A stretch of 63,343 nt of DNA, filler included, from Choristocarpus tenellus KU-1152 (GCA_964200185.2; 12 parts of 12 records of this genome joined end to end with filler, not necessarily neighbours in it); one strand, 5' to 3'. Counted from the whole stretch's first letter, positions 12,642 to 27,141 are shown. Translations and numbers: made by a program. Notes: generated by a model not told the origin, from the letters alone.

Positions 12642-14684
12642 TGTACAAGTACGTAACTATCTTTGGACATTTTCCCTTCCTTCTACCTGTTCTCCAATAG
12701 TGTCTTGTTCAACAGTTTTTTATATAATTCCCATTCATTGAAGGGATGGTTGGCCCGTAGGGTGCGATTTGTTTCTATGCAATTTGGGAGAGTCCTGACC
12801 TATAATGCCTCCGTTATTAGATTATCATTCCCTGTTGGTCACTTCGAAGAAGGTCAAAGTTACACACAGAGTTCACAGCTAAACATGTATACTTACCTTG
12901 ACCATCCATTTTGTACAGGCAGTCACAGGTCACCTTCCCGGCACAGGCCACCCCTTCTCTCCAGGCATAGGTCATCCCTGCTATATCCAGGTGCAAGTCT
13001 CACCCTGTTTCGTACCCCAACTGGTGGCTCTGGAGCACTGTGACTGCTGTGGAACTTCTCCCCTTCTTTCCCGGGTGCAGGTCACACACGCGTGCCCTGT
13101 GAATTCCCTCCTTGTGCTCCTTGAGCTCTGTTACGGGTTTGTTGTGGTGGGTGTTTTTCTCTTTTTCCTCAAGCACAGTAGTCTCCACTGGTTTTCCCAG
13201 GCACAACCCCTCCACTGTTTCTTTCCTCCTGGGACTGCTGGAGTACTGTGGGAACTAGTTGACGGGGCTTCTCCTTCCCTCTTCCCTTTGGCAAAGACCT
13301 CAACTGCTACCCACTCACAACTTTGAGCACTGCAGCGCCCTGTCCGGGCCATAATAGGTCGGCACTAGGTCACCATGGTTGTTGCAAGTGAGACAAAGAA
13401 GTACTTGACAGGATTATCGGTCCACAGCATTGTTGCAACGTGTTGGTCTGAATGCGGGCTATTCTCATTACGGGTGTAAATCTGTTTTTTAAGTGTCGTA
13501 AAAAAAAACATTGGAACGAAAGGCATACAAGGGGATCTTGCCGTGAGGGATGACTGGGGAGGGAAACAGCATATCCGCCAAGTGTTTTTCTGAGGTACAG
13601 AAGCCAACATACCAACAAGATTGGAGTGCAGGCCACACTCCCAACTCGGTCCCTTGAATCCCAAGCTCCAATCGTCCACATCTTCCCAATGTTAGAGGGT
13701 CTGATGAAGGGAAATACTCACCCCTATGTGCCCTCAAGGACACCTTCACATTGCCTCTTTGAGTTGCAGGAAGTAGATCGCAAAAAAAACCCCGTTGATA
13801 TGAGGGCATATAATCTCACTTTTCAGCATATCACAAGGGACCTCGACACACTTTCTGGGAACTGTGAGCCTAAGAGAAGGGCTAACAATGCCAGACTGCA
13901 AACAAACATCGGTCACCAGGATAAAAAGGGCAAACCCAAGCCAAATATCCCCAAGAAGTATTCATCTATCCCGCGTGTAGCATCAGATGCAAGCAAAGGA
14001 AAGCATCCTTCAACGGTCCCTCAAAATAGCAAGGTGAAAAGAGTACATTGATCGTACATCTCAAGGTCATCATGCAACATATGGCATAATGATGACTAAA
14101 TGCTGTCCCCATTCTAGGCAACACGATAGGTACCCACAACTGTTAACATGTTTTCCCAAACAATCAACCCTCATTATACCCAATTAAATTCTTTGCAAAA
14201 AAGGTGCTACATAGAGATATGTTCCTTAGTCTATATGTAGGACCTAAGATCAGTATTTCGTTCAAAACCCCAATCCTTCAAGTTTATCGTTCGCCTCCTC
14301 GACCTTTTTTAATCATTGTTTGGTGCTCGTATCTGATGTTGTGATACGTTAGAGATAAAGAACCCAATTCCATGCGGACTAACTATCCATATTTTTTGTA
14401 TCTGTTTATTAAGACGATTACCAACTCCAATATCATATTGGAGTCCCCCACGAACCCGAGTAAAAAAAAAATCGCGCTCAATCCTACCTCAAGAGTACCA
14501 CTCTTTCATGAGTAAAAAACTTTGAGAATATACTATTTTATTCATCACCGTCTACATCTTACGAAACACTCAGCAAGTTTACCATGATGGGATATGTAGG
14601 TCCAATCCACAAGGCTGTATATGGTCGTTGAAGTGTCCATAATAGAATTGTCGTGAAATATGCTTTATCTCTCACTCTGACTAT

Positions 14685-14803
14685 TTGTTACAGCGCGCCC
14701 CAGAACTCACCTCCACAACAGGATGTATAACTCAAATCCAACGACCTTATAAAATGACGCTATGGGGACGTTGCCCTTGGTAACAGTTTGTTGGGTGTCA
14801 GGC
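14685..14803 (-). repeat. Dispersed repeat; reverse-complement copy at ~16163-16275
   Basis: CAGAACTCACCTCC..CAGGATGT..AACTCAAATCCAA.GACCTTA..TGCCCTTGGTAACAGTTT.TTGGGTGTCAG present on two contigs. Confidence 0.8.
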
Positions 14804-14903
14804 NNNNNNNNNNNNNNNNNNNNNNNNNNNNNNNNNNNNNNNNNNNNTTAATTAATTAANNNNNNNNNNNNNNNNNNNNNNNNNNNNNNNNNNNNNNNNN
14901 NNN

Positions 14904-15057
14904 GTGGCTGGAAATCAGTGGCAGAAGAGGTTTGCCCTGGTTGGTCATCAGAGGTGCAGTGGCTGGAAATCAGTGGCAAAAGGGGTTTTGCCCTGGTTGG
15001 TCATCAGAGGTGCAGTGGCTGGAAATCAGGGGCGAAGAGGTCGCACTGGTTGGTCAC
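14904..15057 (+). repeat. Minisatellite, ~55-bp unit x ~3 (GTGGCTGGAAATCAGTGGCA..GGTTTGCCCTGGTTGGTCATCAGAGGTGCA)
   Basis: Direct tandem copies at the contig start. Confidence 0.9.
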
Positions 15058-16498
15058 AAGGATTGTTAGAATAGGGAGAGAAGAGGATTAGGGAGGAATG
15101 CAAAAATAGAAATAAAAGAATAATAATAATCCAGAATTCGTGAGCAAAACAAAGCATATTTTTTCGATTTGGTTCATAATATTTGGCATAAAATCGGGGT
15201 AGGTACTGTACCTGACACCCGTTATTCCGTGTTTCGTTCTATTTTCCTTTTCATTTATTTTTTTCATTTCATTTTTTCTTTTTCTTTTTTCATTTTCCAT
15301 TTTTCCCTATCCCTTAGTTCTTTTTTTTCTTTTTTTCTCCTCTTTTCGTCCGACCAGGTACCTGGTTCCCTTAATTCCTTGTTTTGTTCTATCTTTCTTC
15401 ATTCCTTTCTTTTCTGTCCCCTCTCATTTTTTGTTGTTACTGATGTTGATGTTATTGCCTGTTTTACGCACTAGCAGTCATCAGTATGCTTCGTACTTGG
15501 GGGGCATGAGACAGGAAATAATCATATGATACTTGGCACCTTAGGGAATCTGTACTTTAGAAAGAGTAAATGTGTACTCAGATTAGGCTAGATGCAGACA
15601 GATTTCTCCAAATAGATAAGGATATATGTTTTGAGCCTAGTAGGAGTTAAGTATAATTTTCTTCTTTCTTGTCACAGGATGATCCGAGGTGATTGATGAT
15701 ATCTATTGCCTTCACCGGTAACAATCGCCCGTGGTACGCGTGAAACATGCATTGCTAGTTCACGCTGGGGGGCATATTACAGGCGAATAGCGCGAGCATT
15801 TCTTCTCGTGTTCTAACAAACGCGAGCAGTACAAGATTTAGTAGCACATACGCAGTCTTACAGAATAAACGCTGATTTTTTTAAGATGCAGAGTAAGATA
15901 TGTAATGCATACGTAACCTTAGAGAAGAAACGTCAAAAGTTCCTAGAAGTTGCAGAATAAAGGTTTATGATTGGAGTATGTATACAGCAGTTTGCAGATG
16001 TCTTTTAGCTTTTAGACTACAGAAATCGAGTGGATGATGAAAATAATAAAATGACTTTTGGAGACATCCATTACCCCTCGTTCAGTTTTTTTTTATCTTG
16101 AGTGAAACAACATTAATTCCAGCTTTAAGCTAAGCACTGGTTGAAGCATCGAGAGAGGAACGTCTGACACCCAAGAAACTGTTACCAAGGGCAATGCCCC
16201 CATAGAGTCGTTTTAAGGTCATTGGATTTGAGTTGCACATCCTGCGGAGGTGAGTTCTGGAGCGTGTTGTAACAGTTCAAGTGAGTGTGTGCAGGAGAAA
16301 GGGGGTACTGGCAGTTGTATCTGGGAAAAACAGATCGCACAGTGTTCCGGTGTGAGCTGGCGTGGTTGCTGATGTGGGCGTGGGTTGGGGTCAGCAGTGG
16401 GGGAGGCTGACCGTCAAATCCCAGTAATACCTCTTATTACCATCTCTCCTGTCTCCTCCTCATTCTTGTTGTGGAGGGGAGACTCCCTCTCCATACGA

Positions 16499-16878
16499 CC
16501 ATCGCCGTAATCCTCTACCACCTCTCCAGCCCCATCCCCCTGTGTGCCCATTCGGTTTTCTTTCCGACCTTTGCCATCCTGCAAAAACGAAACCTGTCCG
16601 CCTATTCCCGAAGAAGAGTTGTGTGCTTTACTTATATTCCTCCCACGCCCATGCCTATCTCGTTAGCCGTCATCCCCATCCTATGTCACCTTCACAACCT
16701 CATCCTCGTGCGAGCCTGTTCCGTTCTCTGTCTGTCCTTCTCCATTCTGCGAAATAGAAACCTGTTCATCTATTCCCGAATCCGAGTTACATGCTCCACT
16801 TATACTAGTTCCTTGGCCCTGCCTGTCTTGTGCACCATCGCCGCCTTCCTCCACCACCTCCATAGCCCCATCCCCTCC
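16499..16878 (+). repeat. Degenerate ~168-bp tandem repeat, ~2.2 copies
   Basis: CAT.CTGC.AAA..GAAACCTGT.C..CTATTCCCGAA at ~16575 and ~16743; CCATCGCCG...CCACCTC...AGCCCCATCCCC at ~16499 and ~16836. Confidence 0.7.
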
Positions 16879-16919
16879 CCAAAACTTGTTTTCATTAAAT
16901 AATAAATAATTAGGGCTGT

Positions 16920-17400
16920 TTATATTCGTGGGATCCTTCCCTAGGTCCTCAGCCTGGGGTACAGGACTAAGCTAGGTTAGAGAGACAGGAAGGCAGAGGT
17001 ACAGCATACCTGCTAGTAAAGTAGTAAATAGATTAATGTCTTTCACATTTTACGATAAATGTCACGTTTTTGGTGATTTTATGACATGTGAATAGTTTTC
17101 ATTGGGTTTTCCTCTGACACATCTGGAAAATGTCGGAGGCCGTAATAATAAAAATAATTTAGGGTGTGGGATCTTTCAAGAGATATTCTCATCACTCCAC
17201 AATTTCCTACAAATGCATGCACTCTTACACTTGTCCAACCCCCACAGACTCACACGATTCATAGATCCACGACCTTTTAATGCATTTTTTTCGGTGTTCC
17301 GTGTTTGGAAGAAGGTAAAATGTACGCGAAGTTCGATATTGAAGCAATTTTTTTCATTTTTCTCTCTTCCAGAGTTGATGAAATGTAGAAGAAATTATGG
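16920..17400 (+). repeat. Old dispersed repeat family C; homologous segments at ~6150-6750 (minus) and ~49540-49845 (plus)
   Basis: Colinear shared blocks ..AGGAC.AA.CTAGGTT.GAG, TTTACGA.AA.TGT and TGA..CATCTG.AAAATGT in all three copies. Confidence 0.65.
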
Positions 17401-18058
17401 TGTGGATTTTTTTTTTGTGGTCAATGAATGTAGTAAGTGTGGGTGGTGGTCTAAATTTTGAACCATTCACCCCTTGGCATTTTAAAATTGTCGCGATGTA
17501 CAGAAAACCGATGCTGATGCCGTCTCTATTCCTCTCGATGATCCTGATGTTGTGGGAAGAGTGTCCTCTGGTGCCCCAAAGCTCTGAGTAACGTACTGAC
17601 CTAACCTGTCAGCCCAGGCTAATAGATACAAGGTCAAGACAGAAGCTCTCAATACTTTGGCGAACAAGTGGACACTCTATTGAAAACTGATTTCGTATGA
17701 GTTGTGTGTTGTTGTGATGCATCTAGTTTGTGACGAAGGAGATCATAGCGCAACAAAGCACTGATGAATTTGTTCTGGCAGGTCTGATGACATGTTGTAT
17801 TCAGTCAGACAGTGTTTGATGTGAAGGTATGTTTGTTTGTGCTGTGATTAATACAGTTAGAGAGGCAAGCGTGTGTCATAGTGCAAAAAGACACCTGCGG
17901 GTTCAGTCTGGTGCGTCTGAAGGCATGTTTTACTCAATCAGACTTTGGTTGAAGTGAAATGGGTAACTGGTACATCTGTGGCTTGTTTTACTCAAGCAGT
18001 CTGTGATTGATAGAAACTGTGTGGCCATTCATTGAGACGCTCAAATGAAGAAATTCAT

Positions 18059-18245
18059 CCTCTGTGAAGAGGGTTGTCACCTTGGCAGAGGAGGGTTTCG
18101 AAGGATAGTTTTAACTCCGTTTACATCGTATCCCGGTGTGTGTCTTGTACGTATTGCAGAGTGAGAGGGATATATTAAGAGGGAGCAATGCCAGTCAAGT
18201 AAAAATAATAATCAACACATCCTATGCAACTGATAATTTCTTGCG
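18059..18245 (+). repeat. Diverged ~190-bp direct repeat; second copy at ~20058-20247
   Basis: CTCTGTG.A.AGG.TTGT.ACCTTG..AGGGTTTC..GGAT.GTTTT.AACTC...AAATAATAATCAACA...CAACTG...TTGC in both. Confidence 0.7.
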
Positions 18246-21200
18246 TCACGAAGAAGACGAAGTAAAAATAAAGAAGACCCAAGAAGACAAGCTTGAATCC
18301 ATATCTAACATAACAAATGTTCCACATATTATGTTTGTGTGTATGATGGGCAGCGACTATTCCTATGCTTCCTATCCATTGTGGTGCTTCTTACAATGGT
18401 TAAGTATGGTGTGATGATGAGCTAGTGATGGGAATGGAAATAGTGACCAGTTCAATGGACGTATCAGCATTCAGTGTGAGCTGACGATGCTATATCGTAT
18501 CAAAACAAATCCAATGAGTAGCCTATGTTTTAACACACCCTTCCTACCAGACCAGAAGCATTGGGGGGAACATGGTACACCGCCGCCTCAATTCTAGTTG
18601 AAAAATCAGGGTCAACAATGGAGTAAAATTTGAGAGACACACAAAAATATAACTCTGATGTCAATACACAACACCAGGCTCTGTATGAGTGGAGGATAAG
18701 ATGTGATAGAGGCAACCGTGAGAGGGAAAGGGTACGTGCCTGGTGAAGAAAGGATGCGGAGAGGAAAGTTACTGGGTATACCGCCCATTATTGAAGTAGT
18801 GTATTTATATAGTAGGCGTTGGCGGACAGAGAATTGAAGGACATGACGTAACAACAGAAATCTACTCTGGTGTGTGTGTAGTGGTGTGAGGCGTGCACGC
18901 ATGCTGCTTCAACATAGTGGTGTGGATATATGTTTGTATGCCAGATCGTACAACTCCATGCATAATAAAGCTGTGTTTGGTTTTGATAGTATATGGAAAT
19001 AAACTAATCAGTGCAATACAGAGTCACATATACGCTAAAATTTCTGTGGGTTCTGTTTGAGTAGAGGGGATGATACGATGTGATAGAGTAACCGGGAAAG
19101 GGGAAGGGTACACATCTCAATTGTAAGGATTTACAAAGAAGGATGTAGGTAAATGTTCAATAAAGGTAAGCACTTGACATTGGAGAGGATTGAGGTTTTT
19201 CCGTGAAAAGGGATGATGGTTTGGAAAAAACAGTGGAATCGGAATTTATCAACAGTCTTCCAGAGAATAAAAATATACAGCTGTTGCTGGAGAAAAGGTT
19301 CTTGGGGATGACCTCTGTTGTGATTGGAGGTGTGGCAAGAATGTCTCACCCAAGACTAAGCGAGTGAAATCAACCCAGAGGTGTGCTTGGTGGTAGCATC
19401 TGGAAGGATCTGGACAAAAGAAAGAAATATGCCATTGTATATATACTCGAAGGAAGAGCTTTTTGTGTACGGGTGACTGTACATTGCGTGTAAAAGGGGT
19501 AAATTAAAAACGTAGAGTATTATGTGGAGGACGCAAAGCAATTACACTGCTCAGCAGTGTGGTTTGCGCAGGGTAGCCTAGATGGGTTAGGACTGAACAG
19601 GGTTCAAAGCTCTTGTGTGTCTTTGTGTGCTTAAGGCTTGGACTAATAAAGTGTAGTGCATGGAAATTATGAGGTAAGGGCAGGGGGGCCTATGTCGGAT
19701 GGGTTTTGTAGCCAAAATCGTGGGATGTACCTCGGGAACAACTTGTGTTTGTGTATCGGAGTAGTTTTAAAGCCAGTGTGTATTGTTGAAACCTGAATCG
19801 AATGCATTGTACATGTAAGCAAGATGTGTAAACTACGAGCGATGAGGAATCATGGTGTTGCAAAGCATCGACGTAGTCTATGTTTGGGATAGATAAGATT
19901 TTGCTGCATGTGTTTATTCTGTTGTAACTGAGGTCACTGATTGATCTCTCAGTCAAGAATGATGCGATGTGAATTCAGTTTTGTTGGTTACTCCATCCAG
20001 AATGATGTGATGTGAATTCAGTGTTCTTTCATGAGATACTCAACAAAAGAAGTCCATGCTCTGTGGATAGGTTTGTAACCTTGACTGGCAAGGGTTTCCG
20101 TGGATGGTTTTTAACTCTGATTATATTACATCCAGATGTGTAGCTGGTACACTCATTGAAGAGTGAGTTTGGTGCATTGTGAGCGATCACTGGCAGTCGC
20201 GAGAGAAATAATAATCAACAGTCAACGTACAACTGTCATCTTTTGCTGATACAGTACATACCCCGATTTTATACCAAATATTATGTTCCAACCCCATTTT
20301 TGTACCGATTTTTTCGACATACTAAAAAAAATAGGCCTTTGTACCGGAATTCTCGTATTCGGGCGACTTGGCACAAACTCCCAGAGATATTCACGCGAGT
20401 TTGGCGCGNNNNNNNNNNNNNNNNNNNNNNNNNNNNNNNNNNNNNNNNNNNNTTAATTAATTAANNNNNNNNNNNNNNNNNNNNNNNNNNNNNNNNNNNN
20501 NNNNNNNNCCAAATGGACAGCCGCCACCCCCTCCCAGATACTTTGAGCCATATGTTTGTGTATAATACGTACCATGGACTCCACAGCTACGCTCTTATAC
20601 CCCAACATATATCGGTGGTATGTCACCAGTGCAACCAAGTTGATGACATATTCGTGGGCAGGTGTGCTCAGTTCTATAGTTGATTGTAATTTTCGAAAAA
20701 GACTCTCCCATGTGCCCTTGTAGTATCGAATGTTACGTACTATTGCTAGAACCTTGTCCCTACAATAAGTTCCCCCCTCCAATACCTCGTCGATAGGGAC
20801 GTCACTAAGAGGCTCTACATTATAGATAGACCATCATTGATATATATCTTACCTTGCCATTGTTCGGACATGTGATACCACAGGAATTATCGGGGCTTCC
20901 AGAGGGAGAGATGGCATCCTGGGAGTTTGAACTTTTCAAAGGTGACACAATCAAGGTATGACAGAGGTTTTGGGTTGTCGCATGCATCAGCGTCACATAT
21001 TTGTTCCATTCTTGGCCCTTAGTCGTAGACTTAGCTCACAGTTGTTGCCCCATATTTACGCCCACGCTCCCGATTTATGTGCTCTGACAGAATCTTGTCC
21101 CGAGAAGCAAAAGGCTGGTCAGAAGTCAACCTATATTCTATCCTTCTTGTTTTATGACTAGGAAACTTCGTATCCTACAGACAAAAGAAACGTCTTTCCA

Positions 21201-21527
21201 GACAGTAAAAAAGGTCCCACTGGTGAAGTGCAATCCGTCTATTATAGCTTAACTATTTGCAGCTCAAGTATGATGTGTTGTGCCTCGACCAACCATTACT
21301 TGGCGTTTTGTGTTTCCCTCATCCTTCTATTTTCCAGATCGAGCGCGGAGGCAACACTATTGCAGGAGTTTTCTTCCCTGGTCCATATGACCCAGATGTG
21401 CTCCCTGAAGAAGAGTGAGTCTACTGATGTTGCTTCCTTGTACGGATTCATTCACTTGGCTCAATTGACTCTTAAGCATTATCTTATTGATTTTCTGGTG
21501 GAGGAATATACTCTATCAATAATTCGG

Positions 21528-21790
21528 GAGTGAAACTATCTTAGAGGGTACGATTTTTTCCCTGTTTGTCCATTTGTGGGGCTTGGCTTCCCATGGGTTT
21601 TTTTATGACATTTTCCGACTTCAAAATGGTTCGGAGTAGGTAATATATATACGTTATGAAAGGTGTGTCCGAAACATAGATATTGACACTACTTCCTAAC
21701 AAACACGAAAGCCAAAATTACATCAAAATCACAACACCGTATTTTGACCCCCAAATGGACGCGGCTCTACCCTCTAAGATACTTTGGCTC
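21528..21790 (+). mobile_element. MITE subfamily B, full length (~260 bp), TSD TCGG
   Basis: TIRs GAGTGAAAcTATCTTAGAGGGTA / TACCCTCTAAGATACTTTGGCTC; TCGG on both flanks. Confidence 0.9.
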
Positions 21791-23848
21791 TCGGGGCACA
21801 TCTTTTTTCAACTATCCCAAGTCCGTGGTCAACTCATGCGGTCATGGTGTAAGGTTGATATAATTGGAAAGAGGAAGAGTTAAAATCCCCTGCCGAATAA
21901 CTGTTACTTCTAATGCTAATCGTTATATCCTTGCTTTTTCAATTAAATCTATCAGGACATGTTGACTTCTCTCTAACAGTGTTCGTTGTAACCGAGGAGT
22001 GCTATGTTCCTCAATGCACCACGTGTTTTTTGTTGTAGCTGCTTCTGTGCATTTCAGGCAGTAGCTACTCCATAAGTAGATCCTCGCCTCCATGATAATC
22101 CTTTTTTTTTTAGCCTTGCTTACAGCTTGGCAGAGTAACCTTCACAGTAGCGGGCACCACTTCATCCACCGTACAATGCTGAGATGGTCTTTTCCTACAA
22201 CTAAACAGAAAAAATAATAATCTAATCCTACAGATGCAAAGACAAGGAATGCAAGGACAGGGAGCTGAAGAGGACGAATTGGTTGTACAACAAGTCATAT
22301 TACTAGAAATTGACCACTAGTTATGGGCTGGTGCAGTCCCCACTGTTTGGAACATTCTCTATCTGCACAGGAGGTGGTACGCAAATCCGAGTACGGTGGG
22401 AGGCAGTATGTTTTTCAAAAATATTTACAAGTTTTGACATCTGGATCAAGCAGTTATGAAACTACTGCAGGTAGGACGGGACGGTACATAGGAGCACTTA
22501 CAGAACAATTATTAGTCCTCCTTTTTGACCTTGTAGCGACCTCAGCTGGCCATGAGAGAGACTGGATTAGGAAGCATGCTGAGACCCTTGGGGGAGGGGA
22601 GTAAAGCTAATCACTGACTGCTCACAACGTGTGCTGACGCATGTGTCGTATTATTTGTGCTCAGTCCACGAATCATGCTTTCTACTACAGACGGTCACTT
22701 TCCTCCCCTTGCTGAGGGGGATCATTTGAGGATATAGAGCGTAGGTCCTTGATCTGTTTGTACAGACTCCCTTGGGAAACATTGGCATGATCTAAGGGAA
22801 TGTCATACACCAATCGTTTTTTCTCTGTGATTGCAGTGTGTATGTTCTACTCCTGAGTACTTACTATGCATATATATGGTTGCAAATTTATTGGTGTAAG
22901 GGTAGAAAACAGTTCGTGACTGTCATAAGGGTCACAGGAACAAGACAATATTTGGATGTGTTGCTACTTAGTCTTCCATTTATGTTTTCAAGGGTCTTCT
23001 ATAATGTGCCACATTTTTCGACTGAAACGTAGAAGTTAGAGTTTCCCATTCCACCAGAGACCCACCTAGCGACATGGATTAGGATCAATGTACTTATGGT
23101 AATATAAAGTACTGTGTAGTAGAAGGTTGTAGGGAGCTAAATTATTATATAATTGTTGACAATATATAAAAAAATGTTAATCCTACTAAGCCCTCATCAG
23201 CATCTCACGTTGAATATTATCTGCAAGGAATGAGGCTTTCAGGAATACCCCAGATGAGATAGAGAACGAACGTGTGTGAATATATTAAATTATGGTTACA
23301 ATTTTGTAAACATCCAATGTTGAAAGGAAATAGCACTTGAGTCACACAACCTCAGGTTACACAATTTTTAGGTCTTTCGCATCGCATGCCCTTTTTTTGC
23401 CCCCGTGCAAGACAGACACCCTATTCTTCTGCATTACACGCACAAATGGCTCAAAGTATCTGGGAGGGGGTGGNNNNNNNNNNNNNNNNNNNNNNNNNNN
23501 NNNNNNNNNNNNNNNNNTTAATTAATTAANNNNNNNNNNNNNNNNNNNNNNNNNNNNNNNNNNNNNNNNNNNNCCCTCCCCCCCCGCGGCATGGCTGCTT
23601 TCCTTCAATTAACATTGCTGTATCGCCTGCCATGTTTATTTCATCGATTTTTTTGGATTTTCCAATGGTTTGTGAAACCCTTTTGGACTCTGTCTGGGTT
23701 CTTTGTTGTTCCTGGGGGTGCTCGTGCTTGCTTGGTTGGGGGGCTTTGGGGTGGGGGGGCGGGGGGGGGGGGGGGGGGGGGGGGGGGGTGATGGTGGGAA
23801 TAGATTTCCATTCCCCGTGTGGAGTCCCTCTTGCACCTGTCTGTGCAG

Positions 23849-26800
23849 ATGAGCTCGGCTGCACAGGACCCCTTCAAGGATGACTTGGGAATTGAGATCA
23901 ATGTACGCCATCTACTGGGTGTAGTATGTAAGTATAGTAATAATATTATTATAGTAGCAACATGTCTACCAAGTGTTGTGTATTGTTAGATGAGGGATCG
24001 AGGGATTACTTTGCTGCAAAGTGGGCCAATGGCATTATTATTATTATTATTATTATTAGCATAAAAATAAACATATCAAAGGAGCTGCTGTGTGTGTGTG
24101 TGTGTTTGTGTTTCAAGAGTCATTCTGCACGATGTGATTACTCTACTTCTCAGTCTTGTAGCCTTCTGTTTGTTGATCCAAATGCAGGAAAAGTCAACTG
24201 GCTTGCTGACTACCTCCTGTCTCTTCAGGTTGTATAGTGTATATGTTTTGTCATACGCCCATTTCATTATATAGTCACCCCCAAAATTGAGAACAACTAA
24301 TATATTCGTGTTGGAAACTACTCTACCAGAAAAATGATACATACGCTTTTTAGTGGCAGGGTGGCGAGGATAAGGTCATGAGAGGGAGAAGGAAGGGGAC
24401 AAGATACTGTGGAGTGTATTGAGTGTTTTTGTGGATGAGGGTTTTGGCTTGGTATGGTAGGTTGTTGCACCCATGGCAGTAAATGTGGGTGTAAGTAACG
24501 GTATATGGATTTAGCTATCGGTACATAGGTGTAAGTAACGGTATATGGAAATGAAGAAGGGTGCAGGTATTGAAACTTAAACCTCCACATCTACAGAGTA
24601 AGAGAATTTAGTGTAGGCCAGGTGAAGGTCTTGCCGTCCCACTGAGAGGCTGGCAGATGATCAAAGGTCGAGGTCAATTGTGCACTCACACGGCATGGGA
24701 GAACCACTTAGTAACATAATATCTCCTCAAAATACGTGAACATACCACATGTCTTCCAATGTTTGATACCCCTCACACTCCCCTGTCCGAACTGATTCCC
24801 TCGGAACTTGTGAATTGTGTTTTTGATTTGTTCCCCACCCGGCAGTGGAGCTGCACAAGTTGGACAGCAAGAACTCCTCAAAGCCGGGAAGGAAGGGTTC
24901 ATTTGTGAAGGGTTCGTTTGTAAGGAATGAAGCTCGACCTCGGTCGCAGTCCAAGGCCGAGGCCCTGGACATGTACACAAAGAGGAATATTCAGGGTACA
25001 GAGGTAGGTATTTGTGTGTGTGTGTGTGTGTTTGTGTGTGTGGTTTTTCTGTGATTTGTTTTAGTGCATCCGTCATTGGTCTTGGCATAGAGCCAGTGTG
25101 TTGCTCCAGTGCTGGGCAATATCCTCCATCTCGCTACCTCTTGATACCCTGACAAACAAACAAAATCAGTGTTCGATTGCCGTACCTCTGGGACAATCTG
25201 TGGGGTGGTGTGTAAGAAAGCGTTATAAAACTTGGTTGGCTTTAATGTGGGCCGGTACTAGAAGCGTGCATGCTCTTCAGAGGAGACGCTGAAGCGGATG
25301 TGTCCTGTTTATTGCTCCCTTACGTGTTTCTTTTTTTAAATATATTTTTGTCAGTTTTTTGTTGTTGGGATTTTTAGGATCTAACGAATGGGTGTTCTTG
25401 TTACATATATATATATATATATACTGCAGTACATCGTGTATTCTGCATTGTTGTGGGCGTGGGGATTCAGCCAATCATATTGTAGTATTTTTGTTCTTGT
25501 GGATGGCAGAAAATGGTACTGTGTGTATTACATGGCATGGTATGGTATGGTTATCCATATGGTGTGTGGGTCACAAGGGCTAGGGGAGGAAGATGGCGGA
25601 TGCCGAACCTGTTCGTAGGAAGCATATCATGTACTGTACTAAATTTGAATTCCAGAAAGAGTGTGTTGATGTCGTGCAACCCAGAATTCAAGATGAGTCA
25701 AGGTGTAGGAAACCCCATTGAGGTGCAAAGAGGTCACAACCTTGTGACAGGTGGGTGTATAGATGCTGCCCCCCTCCCCCCCCGCATTGTTCACCACCAT
25801 TGCGCCCACTCTCGACCTGCCCTCCCTGTTTGACTCTAAAGCTAATGCTATGGATATCTCTATCCATTTCTACAATTTGTCCATCTCTCCGGTACCATGC
25901 CAATCCCACTGTCTTGGCTCCTTTCCCCTATGCCTTCTGTACATCCTCACATTTTTCATTCCCTCCCCTCCCCCCCTCCCTCCCCCTCCAATCAAACTCA
26001 AATTACTGAGTTCCAATCGTCCCTGGTTCATGACTCAACTGTCACCTGTGCTTCCTACACTGTGTTGTTTTGCACAGGAACTGCGGGGGGTGGAGGGTAT
26101 AATGATGACATACAAAGTGCGTTGGCCGCTGTCTCTGGTCCTGTCCAAAAAGAACCTAACCAAGTACCAGCTTCTGTTCAGGCATATTTTCTTTGCGAAG
26201 CATATTGAGAGAAGGCTCTCCATGCTGTGGCAGGACCACCAGGTGTGGGTCTGAAGCTCTTAGGTGCTCGTGGGTGGGTGGGTGGTGATGTACAGTTGTA
26301 GATTATCAGTGTGTGTCCATGTGTGTGTGTTTGTGTTTGTGTTTGCTGTCACTGTAATAGGGAGCATCGAGATAATGACCACGGCGAGATGAGGGTGATT
26401 TTCTTGGGAACATTTTGTTGGCAAGACTGTAGAGGGACTGGATGTGCGCCAGCATGTATGTATGCATGCAGTAGGGACTATGGCAATGTCTATGGCAATG
26501 TCGTACAGACCCCCGTCGGCATTGTAGTTGACAGCGAGGGTAGGAGATATAGAGGGGATACAGTCGACTTGGACAGGGAAGTGCTCTCACTGGAAAAAGA
26601 CAAACATTTACTCCGTACCTTTGTGAGGAGCCAACGTTGTTAACTAAGTGTGAGATTGACCATTAGCCCCTCTTCTATTCTGGAACTTTTTTTGTTTATT
26701 TATCCATTCTTCCCTTTTGCCATTGGTGGACCGACAAAGACCTGGAGTAGTCCCTTTCTCTTTTTTAATCAGCAACATCTTGTTACATATGTATCTTGCT

Positions 26801-27141
26801 GTACCCATCACTGTGGTTGAATTCAAAGTCACCATGGTAGCTACGTTGTAGACCTGGGGATTCCAGGCTGTCTTTCTCCGGGTGTGTTCTTGTAGGGGAT
26901 ATGAGTAAGAATTGTTGTGATTCTGCTTCTTTTTTTCTCCTCAAAATCCGGTTTCCATTCCGTCTTTTTTTTTTCCTCCAAAAAGTTCTTGCATGCTTTT
27001 GCGCATTGAAAGTAAGGTGTGTTTGTATGTTTTCAACAGTGATCTCTTGTTGGTAGGAAGTGGTTGTGAGGATCCTGTGGTGTTGACTTGTGCATGCAGG
27101 CTACGAGGGTCACGCAGGGGGGATGGAAAAGCTAATGCCAT
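23849..27141 (+). CDS. TUBGCP2: Gamma-tubulin complex component 2 (GCP2/Spc97 family), internal multi-exon fragment
   Basis: Exon from 23849 MSSAAQDPFKDDLGIEIN matches GCP2 'MSTANTDPFKDDL'. Exon 26078-26242 ELRGVEGIMMTYKVRWPLSLVLSKKNLTKYQLLFRHIFFAKHIERRLSMLWQDHQ matches the conserved 'V.WPLSLVL.RK.L..YQ.LFRH.F..KH+ER.L..W' block. Probable further exons ~24188-24228, ~24612-24672, 24846-25003 and from ~27100 to the contig end. Confidence 0.85.

Noticed and set aside
23526-23911. Poly-Pro/poly-Gly ORFs
   Set aside because: Arise from a G homopolymer in an intron upstream of a GCP2 exon
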